Below are positions 39,656 through 51,800 of a stretch of DNA of 64,000 bases, piece by piece. Each line of letters starts with the position of its first letter. Position 1 is the first letter of the stretch. The translations under genes and the position numbers were made by a program. The notes beneath the pieces are model-generated. The model did not search any database. It was not told where the DNA came from and was given only the letters and a program-made list of their open reading frames with translations. This stretch comes from a virus, in IMG/VR virus record IMGVR_UViG_3300039159_000275, positions 4,389-68,388 of that record; one strand, given 5' to 3'.

Positions 39656-40807
39656 ATGCCACAAAGTGCAGCTGCAGAAATTGCTTTTGACATCTTCGAT
39701 CAATCGCAACGCAAAATTAAAAAACTCGAAGAAGAAGTTTTCACAAAAACTGGAAACAAAGTAAAAGTTCTTTCTGATCGTCCATTTCATGAAATTGAAT
39801 CTATGATGTCAATGTATCTTGGTACATCATTTACTAAATCAAAAGTAATGGTTCCATATCAAGGACAAATCATAAAAGCAACAGTTATTGGAAAAACCGG
39901 AGATTGGTTATTGTTAGACGGTGGATTTAAAGACAGCGTTTATGTTGAATTAAAAGGTCCAGAAAAAGATCTTGTTGTTTCAAGAGAATTAAAAACAAAT
40001 GACGAAATTGATGTATTGGTCACATTTGTAGATGAAGAAAAATTTGAAATAAGAGGAAGCTTATCAAGTTTAGCTAAATTACAAGTCAATCAAGAACTTG
40101 AAAAAGCCTTAGCTAATGAATCATTTTTTAGTGCTCTTATTAAAGAATGGACACCTGCTGGTTATTTTGTTGAACTAACAGTATCTGGTTCTAAAACATC
40201 TGGTTTTATGCCAAACACTCTTGCTGGTATTAATAAATTACCTGATCCTAAATCTATTGTAGGATTAAATCTAGAAGTAATGATTGAAAATCAAACTAAG
40301 GAAGGTTTTATTGTATCACGTAAAAAATACCTTCAATCTCTTATTAAAGAGAAAATTCAAAGTTTAGAACAAAACAAGATTTACACTGGTAACGTAACAG
40401 GTACTACAGATTTTGGTATCTTTGTCGAATTTGAAACATGCTTAACTGGTATGATTCATAAGGCAAACGTAAATCTTGAATTGGTTGCTAATATTAATAA
40501 AATTGAGCCAGGCACTGAAATTGAATTTTACATCAAAGAAATTGTAAAAGAAAAATTAATTTTAACTCAAATTTTAAGAGAGTCTCTTTGGGACAATATT
40601 AAAATTGGTGATAGATTAATTGGTAAAGTTAAAGCATTGAAAAACTTTGGAGCTTTAATTGCTCTTGATGAAGAAACAAATGGTCTAATTCATAATTCAG
40701 AACTTGAAAAAGCTAATTTAAAGATTTCCGAAGGACAAGAAATAAGAGTTAAAATTATCGCTGCCCAACGAGCAGAAAGAAAAATATTCTTAACATTTGA
40801 CAATTAA
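39656..40807 (+). CDS. rpsA: ribosomal protein S1-like protein (about four S1 domains)
   Basis: GQIIKATVIG, GFMPNTLAG, IVSRKKYL, YTGNVTGTTDFGIFVEF...GMIH, GKVKALKNFGALIALD..NGLIHNSEL. Confidence 0.85.
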   Translation: MPQSAAAEIAFDIFDQSQRKIKKLEEEVFTKTGNKVKVLSDRPFHEIESMMSMYLGTSFTKSKVMVPYQGQIIKATVIGKTGDWLLLDGGFKDSVYVELKGPEKDLVVSRELKTNDEIDVLVTFVDEEKFEIRGSLSSLAKLQVNQELEKALANESFFSALIKEWTPAGYFVELTVSGSKTSGFMPNTLAGINKLPDPKSIVGLNLEVMIENQTKEGFIVSRKKYLQSLIKEKIQSLEQNKIYTGNVTGTTDFGIFVEFETCLTGMIHKANVNLELVANINKIEPGTEIEFYIKEIVKEKLILTQILRESLWDNIKIGDRLIGKVKALKNFGALIALDEETNGLIHNSELEKANLKISEGQEIRVKIIAAQRAERKIFLTFDN

Positions 40808-40815
40808 ATAAAAAA

Positions 40816-41112
40816 ATGTCAATTCTTTCAAAATACTACATAGACTTTGGTCGCTTAAATACTCTTCATACCACATATGAAAGAGTAGGCGACCAAGGTC
40901 TTATTTATAAGATCATAGACGGAGAAGATTGGAGCAAATTAGATGGTGGACAAAAACTTTTAATATTTAACAGTTTAAGAAAGCTTGACATACTGTTACC
41001 TTATAAACAAGAAAATGTTAAAACAAAAGATTTCTTTTATAGCAACAATGATGCAACTGAAAAAGTAAATGAACTTGTAAAAGAAGAAGATTTTGATGAT
41101 CCTTCTAAGTGA
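40816..41112 (+). CDS. hypothetical protein
   Basis: 98-aa ORF directly after S1. Confidence 0.6.
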   Translation: MSILSKYYIDFGRLNTLHTTYERVGDQGLIYKIIDGEDWSKLDGGQKLLIFNSLRKLDILLPYKQENVKTKDFFYSNNDATEKVNELVKEEDFDDPSK

Positions 41113-41164
41113 TTTTGATGATTTTGATGATTACGATCATTAATGAAGATTTTTATTAATATTT

Positions 41165-41701
41165 ATGATAGACAAGGATAATAAAACATTTTTTCTTAAA
41201 GCATTAGATAATAATGTTCACACGCATTATGAATTTTATTTTAATGTTTATAAATGTAAAAATCTTAAAGAAGAAGATGCTATAGCATTAGAAGATAGAA
41301 GCTATAGTTACTATGCAAGAACAATGTCAGATTGCTGGGTAATATCTCTTTATATGACATTTCCATTTTTAAGTGATTTATCTATACTAGATTTAACAAA
41401 AACTCTTTATAATTCTGTTAAAAGACATGATATTAATAATTTATTATCAATTGTAACATATTTAGATAGTGACGATTCACCTCATGAATATTCTATTAAA
41501 ATTACTGTTAATCCAGAATTTATTATTAAAAAACTTATAGCAGAAGGTTTTGGCGTTAGAACAGAATTAGGAGTTGACATCGACGTTATTCAAGAAAGTT
41601 TATCAGAATACAGTTACACTTTTAAAAATCTTGATTTTTTAGATAACTTTGTATTATTTTTTAAAGACATTATACGAGACTCATCATATGCAGCCATTTA
41701 A
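41165..41701 (+). CDS. hypothetical protein
   Basis: 178-aa ORF. Confidence 0.6.
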   Translation: MIDKDNKTFFLKALDNNVHTHYEFYFNVYKCKNLKEEDAIALEDRSYSYYARTMSDCWVISLYMTFPFLSDLSILDLTKTLYNSVKRHDINNLLSIVTYLDSDDSPHEYSIKITVNPEFIIKKLIAEGFGVRTELGVDIDVIQESLSEYSYTFKNLDFLDNFVLFFKDIIRDSSYAAI

Positions 41702-41779
41702 TGGATTTTAATCCGCCGATTTTATTTTTACCTAATAATGAAAAAATTGAAGTCGAGATTTAATAAAAAAGAGCTTTTG

Positions 41780-42034
41780 TTAAGCTCTTTTTTCATCCAT
41801 TTCTCCTTTAATAAAATTAAAAACTTCTTCAATGTCATCTTTAGAAGTAGATACATGATCACACGCCCAATCGTGTCCATTTGTTAAAAGTGAATCTATT
41901 TCTTTTTCATCCATTTTTAAAAGTTCTTCAGTTAATCTATTAATGGTTTTAATATTAGTAAAGAACATATAATGCTGTTCTTTTTCATCTTTTTCATCTT
42001 TTCCTTCGGAAAAATTATTAAATCTTTTAATCAT
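41780..42034 (-). CDS. small acidic protein, possibly virion-associated
   Basis: 84 aa; starts MIKRFNNFSE; ATATATA motif upstream. Confidence 0.65.
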   Translation of the reverse strand: MIKRFNNFSEGKDEKDEKEQHYMFFTNIKTINRLTEELLKMDEKEIDSLLTNGHDWACDHVSTSKDDIEEVFNFIKGEMDEKRA

Positions 42035-42067
42035 TAATCTTTATTAATTTTTATTATATATAAGATT

Positions 42068-42255
42068 ATGCATTATATCATTTATGAAACTACTAATTCA
42101 TTTAAAAGGAATTTCTCCACCAAATAAAGGAATTATCTTCTTGGAATAAAGATATAATAATGAAAAAATTCCAATGTCCACATTGTGATAAACAAGCAGA
42201 CATTGGAAATTTAAGACGCTGGCATTTAGATAATTGTAAATTTAAAAAAGATTAA
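42068..42255 (+). pseudogene. internally deleted GIY-YIG/NUMOD homing endonuclease remnant
   Basis: fragments in shifted frames: MHYIIYETTN (GIY-YIG start), KGISPPNKG and SWNK (NUMOD3-like), CPHCDKQADIGNLRRWHLDNCK (typical C-terminal zinc motif). Confidence 0.7.
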
Positions 42256-42791
42256 ATTTTACACTTCAAGTCTGCTGCGCAACTTGCTGAAAATGCAAAG
42301 GGTTTTCCTAATGTTTTGAATCCCATACCTTTTAACCATGGTAAAGCAGCAGTATAAACACGATTACTTAAATGTTGTGAATTTTCATTAAAATCAACAT
42401 GTAATTCAACATTTTTAAAGAATCCATCAGTAGCATCTTTAAGTACTCCTTTTATTGGATCAAAGCTTTTTCTTACATAATTTATTTCCTGTAATTTTAA
42501 ATGTAATAAGTTACCTATATCAACCAAATATTCAGCTTCTTTCCACAATCTAGCAAAATCATCTTTTACTTTTTTGTTTTCACGAATGCGCGTGTAAATA
42601 ACGTGTGCACCATTACGGAACAACGGACTATGTATAGTAATAGCAACAACATATAATGTTGCACCTCTTAGTTGTTTTGAGTCACAACCAACGCATACAT
42701 ACAGGTCACGATTATACTTAACCATATTTTGAACGTATTGACCTACATCATCAATAATTTCGCCTCCGAATTTTTTAAACTTGTGTTCCAT
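42252..42791 (-). CDS. RNase H-like YkuK/DUF458 family protein
   Basis: YVCVGCDSKQ, RLWKEAE, VELHVDFN, KPFAFSASCAAD. Confidence 0.8.
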   Translation of the reverse strand: MEHKFKKFGGEIIDDVGQYVQNMVKYNRDLYVCVGCDSKQLRGATLYVVAITIHSPLFRNGAHVIYTRIRENKKVKDDFARLWKEAEYLVDIGNLLHLKLQEINYVRKSFDPIKGVLKDATDGFFKNVELHVDFNENSQHLSNRVYTAALPWLKGMGFKTLGKPFAFSASCAADLKCKI

Positions 42792-42887
42792 AAAAATAAA
42801 ATATTATAACTAAAAAGATCCATTTTGTTTTAGTCCAGATCTTTCAATTTAAATATATATCTTTAAATTGACACTTTCTATATTTAA

Positions 42888-45800
42888 ATGGCAAATAGCG
42901 TAAAACTTTTGAATTATGTTGATCCCGACGGCGATTTCATTAAATTCTATACTGAATTAAATTCTGACATAATTGTTGGTGATAAAGTTTTTATAGTTGG
43001 TGGTAGTTATGATAACACAAATTTAGCTATAACCGATCCTTATAACGAGTTTGCTGCAGGTTATACTGTCATTGCTGCTGACTTAACAAATATTAGTAAT
43101 AGTATCACATTAAATATTAAATACAACGACTTACGTTTTTCAAATAATCCAACATCAACATTGTTTGAGCCATTAAGTGTTTATCAAAGTAGAACTGAAT
43201 CTTTTATTAATATTAATAATAATAATGAAGCATTTATTACTAAAAACAGATTTATTAAAGGTGAATTTAATGGTGGAAGATTTTTAGATGGTGTTTTTGG
43301 TGAATATCAAAGATATGAGAAAAATGAAGAAATTCTTTACAAAGCAGAAATAACATCTTCAAATATAGACATTACTTCTTTAAATGATATTGAGACATAT
43401 TTTTACAACTATAATGTTGTTGAAAGACCAATTCCAATTGAAGAATTTAAAACATATTTTAATAGAAAAAATGAAAATGAACCGGCTATATTATCAGGTG
43501 GTATCTTTTTAGGCGGTAACTGGCAATGGGGAGAATGGAATACAAAATATCCTTCTAATCAAATTGGTAAAGTTCAACAATTAAATGCATTAGGTGGAAT
43601 TAGAAATCCATTAGATGAATCTAAATTCAATATTGCTGAATTTACAAATAATTATAACAATTTAGGTTACAATATTGTTTCTTCAGGTAATTTTGGGCAA
43701 GTTTGGAAAGGTTATGTAGGTGCATATTTTGATGCAGTGAATAATCAAATTGTGTTAGATTTTATACCATATGTTTTAAAAAGATCATTGAGAAACGGTT
43801 TTAACGTTCAATTAGATATTGAAGTATTAGTAGAGTATGCTGCTTATAGAAACTCTAAAAAGTTTTTAATAGATTTTAATCCTACACCTAATTCTTCAGA
43901 TTTTACTTTATTAAATAGTAATATTTTAAGAGTGTATGAAAAAATTTATGATGATCCATCTTTTGGTACTGATGCATTTAGATCTATTCAGTTACAAATT
44001 TTAATATCTGATCCTGATCAAGTTTTATTATCTGATCCCGCTAAAAGAAAAATATCGGAAATTGCTCCATTAAGAAAATCAAAGAGAAATAGATTCTTAA
44101 CTGGAAGATCACAAGACTCAGATTTCTTTAATGGATTATGGAGAAGTGGACAATATCAAGGTGGAGAATTTTGGGGAGGAGAATTTATTTCAGGTAGAAT
44201 TGGTTCTGAATTAAGAAGAACAACTTGGCATGATGGTCATTTTAATAGTACAATTAATACAGGTTTTGCAAATGATGTGTTTTGGATTGATGGTGTATGG
44301 AATGATGGAGCATGGGAAGGTGCAAGAAATTTTAGAGTTAATGCATTAATAAAATTACCTATAATTAATGGTATAAGAAACACAAACTTGCAATTAGATT
44401 ACAAATGGGAAAATATGTTTAAAGTAGGAGAAATTGTTTTATTATCTTATTTTAAAAATAGTAATAGCACACTTTATTTAAATAATTGGTCAAATGATTA
44501 TAAAGAAAATCTTTTAGAATTTCAATCATTTACTATTTTAAATATTACAAGAGATTTTGAAAATAAAAGATTGCTTTTAACTATTGATTTAGATCTTGAT
44601 ATTATTAATAATATTAATTTGACTACAAACGTTTTAACAGAGCAAATAGTTGATATTAATTATCAATTTGCAAGAGTAAGTAATTCTTATTTTGCAAATG
44701 GTACATGGAATAATGGTAACTGGCAAAATGGTTACTTTAATGGTAATTTAAAACCTTTATCAATAGTATCATACACTCAAAACACTTTAACTATTCAAGT
44801 TGCAGATGTAACTGGTTTAAAATCAGGTCAAATGATAGGTTTAACAAATATTAAATTAGAATATCAATTTAATTATATAACTCTTTTAGGTAGTACATTA
44901 GGTACAGCAGCTGGAGGTGTTGATGTTGATGATAGACCTAATGTTGAATATTGGCTAAATTTACAACAAAGCTTAGCAATATTAGATATTGATATTTTTA
45001 ACAATTTAATTATATTAGATTTATCAACCGTTCTTGAAATAATTCAAGAAGATGTTACAATTGTCAACGTAGCAGAATATTATCCTAATGAAAATGACAA
45101 ACGTCCAGGTTTAACTGGTTACACAACACAAATTTGGAATAACGGTACATTTAATACAGGTGTTTGGGAAAATGGAGTCTGGAAAGATGGTATCTTTAAA
45201 AATATTTTTGTTGAAGATCCAACTAATGCACAAAATAAATCTATTTGGAGAAGCGGAGTATGGTTAAATGGTAATTGGAATGGTGGAGTATTTTTATCAG
45301 GTATTTGGGAAGCTGGAGTGTGGGTTAATGGTATTATGACAAATGGCTGGAAACGTTCAACAACATTTTGGAATGTTGTTGGTTCATGGCAACAAGGAGA
45401 TTCTATTTGGTACAACGGTGAATGGATGAATGGTAGATGGTTAAGAGGTGTATGGAAAGATGGTATATTTGAAAATGGTACTATTGAAAATGCAGGTATA
45501 GATGAAATTGAAATAGTTAATGGAAGTTACTTAAATGGTAAATTGGATAATAATGGTAATACAATTTTTTCAAATGAATTAAATATTAACAATACATTAA
45601 ATTCAGCACCATCATTAATTTTTATTGATCAAGAAGGTTGGGTACAAATGGATCAATCTTCGTGGTATCAAATTGATTATAATGTTATTATTAAAGATTT
45701 AACATTGAGACCTAATGTTTTCAATGATCAAATGTTTAATGTTTTAAATAGAAATAAAACGGCATCGCAAATTAGAATAAGTATTGCTGGTGCAAATGGT

Positions 45801-48800
45801 ACTAATGGTGTTGATATTCCACAAAACATTATTGATAATTCTTTACCAATTGTTGTTATACGTGATATTGTTGATATAATTGAATCAGATCCAAATGTTT
45901 TTTGGTTTGCTGATACTAGTTATAAAAGAATTATTGAAGTTGATGAAAACTTTTCACCTAAAAAAATTAGAGCGATTAGTAAAATTATTAATGATGAAAT
46001 TGAAAGAGCTGATTTAGTTTATGGTCAAATCTTAAAAATGACAACTGACAATGTTCTTGATCAAAACAATTTAACAAGAACTCGTTACACATATGTTTTA
46101 GAAACAACGCGTTTAATCAGAATAAATAAAGATACTTTAGCATTAGAAATAATAATTACTTTTGCAACATTACAACAAGATTCAACAATCAATTTAGTAG
46201 AATGGATTGATATATTTGTTTATCCTGCTAAAATTGGTATTTCAGAAACGGTTTTTATTCTGGCAAAAATTAAAGTTGATTTAGGAAATTCTTTTCAAGA
46301 TCAATTTAAGATTATTTCATATAATATAGATACTAAAATTTATGCAATATTAGAATATACTGGTGCATTAATAAATGATGCAACAATTTTAAATGAATGG
46401 TTAACAGGTTTAACTGCTAATAATTTAAATTTAAATGATTTAAAAATAAAGGGTTTCTCTTTAGGCGATGCTTTAAATTTATTTTATAAATTACCTATTG
46501 ATATATTAAGCAATTCTAGAACATTTAACACAAACAATATTCAAAGACAAAGATTGTCTTTTGTAAACAACGCTTGGACAATATCAGAATATCAAATAAA
46601 CGTTATTCCTAATGTATCTTTATTGATTGGTAATACAGCATATTTATTTAAAGATTTTGCAGTACGTGTTCTTTCTCCAGCATTTAGATATTTCTTATTG
46701 TCATCAAATGGTTTAGATATTTACTATACTAAAGACAACAATTCATTAATTCCATTAGTAACTAATGTTAATGTTGAAAATATAGATTTTGGTATTAATA
46801 AAATTCTTTCGATTAGAAAAGAATTTGGAGAAAATATGTCTCCCGTTATTATACCACAACAAACTAAAAGATTTGGTGCAATCAATAGACACTCAGATAT
46901 TAGAGTACTTGAATCTGTTAATTCATTACCTTTACCAAATACTGTTGTTCAGTGGTATGTTGATCAACCAACAAATAGATTGTTAAAATTACAAGAAGCA
47001 AAAGCACCATTTTTATATGACTCCATAGATGAATATGGTATAGAAAATGTTTCGTTTAACAAAATATTATACATTACAAATACTATTAATTTTAATAGAT
47101 TAGTATATATTGAAGAAGATGTAATTGGATTGAAATTTATAAAATATTTTAATAAAATTGGACCGTCAACAAATACAATTAATGTTATTCCATCTGGTCC
47201 TCCAAACGCATCTGGTCCTCCAAACGATTTACTTATATATGATTTTGAATTAACCGCTATTGGTACAACTTCGGTCTTTAAAGATGCTTATTATTATCAA
47301 AACTATTTGTACATTTTATATACTCACAATTCTTTATATTTTTATGATATTTATAGAGTTGACGGTCAATTAACAGATCATAAATATAATTTAGCATTAC
47401 CATTTTCAGATGCTATTAAAATATCTCATGCTGGTGAATCTATTGGTAATCAAACAATTTCAATATTTACTGATAATAGAATTGTTTATTTTAGTAATCA
47501 AACAACTATAAAAGACAATAATAATAATATTATCTTTGGAACAGTTCCAAATGAAAAAATTATAGATTTTGGTTTCTTTATAACCAATCAAAAGAAATAT
47601 TTGTATGTTGCAACTTTTAATGATCAAGATCAATATTATAGGATTATTAGAGTGTCTAAAAAATATTTTAATTCTACAGTTATTGCTTGGCCAGGTGATA
47701 ATTATACTGGTAATAATAACACATATGATGTAGTTTATATTTCAACAACTCCAATTGAAACATTATACAGCAATGTTGGATTTATTGAAAAAATGGTAGT
47801 TAACTCTAGAGATAGAATTGATTTGTTAAGTTTAGAATACTCAAAAAATCAATTACAAAAGGTTAATAATTTAATTTTTAATGATGAAATTACATATTGG
47901 GTGGGTGATTCTTCTTCAAGAGTTGTGAATTATAATAACTATGGTACATCGGGTAATATTAAAAACTTAGATTTTGGTCAATATAAGCAACCATTTGAAT
48001 TTGGTAAATATATTAGAAATGCTAATTCAATTAAATATTTGGAATGGGCTGGTAATAAATATTTAATTTTCATTGACGAAGATTTTAATAGTACAAAAAA
48101 AGAACTTAGAGCAATTGATCTTGTTGCAAATGCATTATCGGATTCTGAAGATGTTGAAATTTTAACAATGTTATCAGGCAATGACGACGTTATTAATATT
48201 AAAGATTTATTTGGAGATTATTACTATGCACCAGTATTTGTACCTTTTGGAACTAATGGTACTGCTGGTACTGCTGGCACTTCAGGTTTTTTTATTCCAC
48301 CTGGTTTAGTTGGAACTGAAAACTATGAGTTGGTTGATATTTGGACAAAAAATATTTCTGAAACCGGTGTTTTAAAAATGTTGGTTAGAAATATTAATAA
48401 TAATGACAATTACATTATGTCATTATATCATACAACGCAAGGTGCAACTAGTTTGAATTATCAATTTATTTCATCAAGTCAGAATTTTAGAAATTTGAGT
48501 AGCAATAGTAATGATTTAACTAATGATGTTTTCTTATCAACAAACAATGAAATTTATTCATTCATTTCTAATAATCTTACACTTATACAGACATTACCTG
48601 AAAATATTGATAATTTATTTGTTAATTATGGTACTGCAGGTATTTATGGTACATCGGGTTATGAACATATTTATGCAATTTCTAATTCATCTACTAATAC
48701 AAATGGTAGATTATATAGAATTGATAAAAATAATTTATCGTATAATACACCAGTATTTGATGATAATTCAACAATATTTGATGGTATTGATTGGGCAGAA

Positions 48801-51800
48801 TCGGATTATGATTTAGATAGAGTTATTATAAAAACAAATTATGATGTTAATAGAATAAAAACATCATCTGTTAATAATATTATATCTGGTATTATAAAAG
48901 TTGCTAAATTTGGAAACAATATATTTGCACATACTTCAACAAAATTAATTAAGTTAAACACAACAACAGTTAATTATGTTGAATTAGAAATAACATCTAT
49001 AGAAGTTAATATTAAAAAGGTTGTAGCTTTAACTGATAATTTATGTTATGCCTTATATGCTAACGGCGTTATTGTTGAATATGATTTTTCACTTTTAACT
49101 GCAACTGTTTTAGCAATTACTCCAATTTATTATGATCCTGCTTATTATTATACTGCAGTTGATATTGCTAAGCAATCAGGTAAATTAGCTATTTTATATA
49201 GAATTTTATCATTTGCAAATGGTCAATCGCAAAACAATTCATATTGTGATGTTTGGTTATATGACACTGCAATAGCTGGTACAAATGGTTTTGCTAAACA
49301 AAATTTCTCATATGATTTTTCTAATGATCCATTAGATCCTCAAGTATCAACTTCAGGTTTTATACCAATTTATGGTACAACTGGTTTTTCAACCTCTGGT
49401 TTTTCAACCTCTGGTTTTTCAACCTCAGGTACATCAGGTACATCAGGTTTAATAGTGCCAATTATAGAAGCAATTATAGATGTCATAGCTAATGTTCCAT
49501 ATGACATATATGATAATGGTAGAGATTATTCATTTAAAGGACAATTATTGAATGGTAATAATATCAATTTATGGGTCTATAGTACATCTGGTTATGCTTG
49601 GAAAGTAGATAATCAAAACACACTTGTTCCATTTATAAATAACTTATTATCTGTAACATCAGGTGAAGAATTTGATATAATTGCAGATGATATTTGGGCA
49701 ATTAAAAAAAATCAAACAACATTTATTGCTAATGATAATCAATTTACTTATAATACTGTAACTCAAACAACAGATGGTGATATTTTTACTTTTGCTGAAG
49801 TTATTAATTTTGAATATTGTTATAATGTTACAGATATTGTAACGTCACAGTTGTTTGTACTTATACCAAAACAAACATTTAACTGGTCAATTACATCTTC
49901 TTTCTCATTAACACCCGGAAAAGAAGTATTTGAAATTAATAGTTATCCAACAACACCTTTAGTTGATTATACAACTGAATTTGATGGTACAGCTATTTTT
50001 AAATCATATTCAGCATTCAATACATCTAATGTTCAAATTTCTCCACATGTTTCGGGTCGTGTTCTTTATAATACTATTTGGAGAAATGGACAATTTAATG
50101 TTGGTGTTAATTCAAGTAACTCTGCATATACTGCTCATTTAGTTAGCTCACGTTGGTTGAGTGGTACATTTAAAGGAAGTTGGGATACTCCTGATTATAT
50201 TGACCATATGGCAATTAGAGAAGAATCGGTTTTCTTAGGAGGTTCATTTGGTGAACAAATATTTGGTGATTCAAACTCTAGTTTAACAGCAATATGGAAT
50301 GACGGATTATTTTTAGGTGGTACTTGGAAATCTGGACAATTTAATGATGGTCATTTCTTTGCTGAAAATCAAATTTTAATAGAAAATATTATATTTCCCA
50401 ATTTAGTTATTAATCAAATAACAGATGCTAGATGGGATTATAATAGACAAATGTTTAAAATTGAAATTGATCACATTAAATGGAATCCTACAACTTCAGA
50501 CTATGAAAAAACATTAGGAACTCTTGCAAAATATAATTTAATTCAAATTCCAGGATTGTTTAATCAAATAAGAATTAATATTTTAGAACTTAGAAAAAAC
50601 AAATATTCTATATCTGGCTTTGATGAAATTATTTTAATATGTACTAAACCGTTGTTTGAATATACAACTAATTGGTTAGAAAATCAATACATTTATATCT
50701 CTGGATTAAGTACTTACGTTGAATATTTATACGGTGAACATTTTGTAACAGATTCTTTTACTTATCAAAATCAACTTTGGATAACTATTAGATCTAATTT
50801 TAATCGTTTCAATGCACAAGGTAAAGTTGTTTTTACAACAAATAGAAAGCCTTATATTGGAATTGATTTATTAAGAATTCAAGATTTAACATTTTCTACA
50901 GATTCTAAATCTTCAACGATTTGGTTTAATTTACCGGTTTCTTCAGGAGAATTTATTTCTCAAGTTAATTTTATTAAATCAGCATTAATTATTGAATCTC
51001 TTGATATTATTGCTGATACATTTATTGCTGATTCTGGCACAAATGGTACAGCTGGTACAGCTGGTATATTAACTGTTGCACAAGATTATGGTGCAATAGT
51101 AATTGATGAAACCTTACAAGTTTTTTCGAGATCAGTTAATGGCGGTAATAATAGCATATCAATTAATAGTACAACATTAATGAATACTATTTTGTTAAAT
51201 AATGTTACTTCAGTTAATTATACTGGTACAACAGATCTATACGATTTAACAGTTTATAATTCAAATATTAATTCAACAAGTAATACAACAGTTGTTAACT
51301 TTAATATTTTAAATAGTTTATTTATGTCGGGTTCAACAAACATCCCAACTAAAAATGTTGGATGGTTAAATAAAGACGCAAAAGGTTTTTCTTTTTCAAA
51401 TTCTTCGTTTAGTGGATTATCAGCAACAGGTGATTGGGGACAAATATTGAATTTTGAAATAGATCAATTTGACAATCAATTATTTGTTTTAGAATTATTA
51501 AAACCATTAGATGATTTAAATCCAAATCAATATATTTATGTTAGAGGTTTCTCTGGAAATAAAGCTAATCAAATTGGTTCAGCAATTTCAAGAGCTTTTA
51601 GAGTTGTTAAAATTGAGCAAAATAAAATTTTTATAAAAAATCCTTTTAGATTATACAATCAAGAAAACATTGTATCTGATAGAATTTATAGAACTGCTTT
51701 TGATTCAAATGAATTGATAACATATACTCAAGCAATGAATTTAAGAAGAGATTTAATATTTGACTTTAAGTATGCATATGTTAGTACTAATGCGTGGAAT

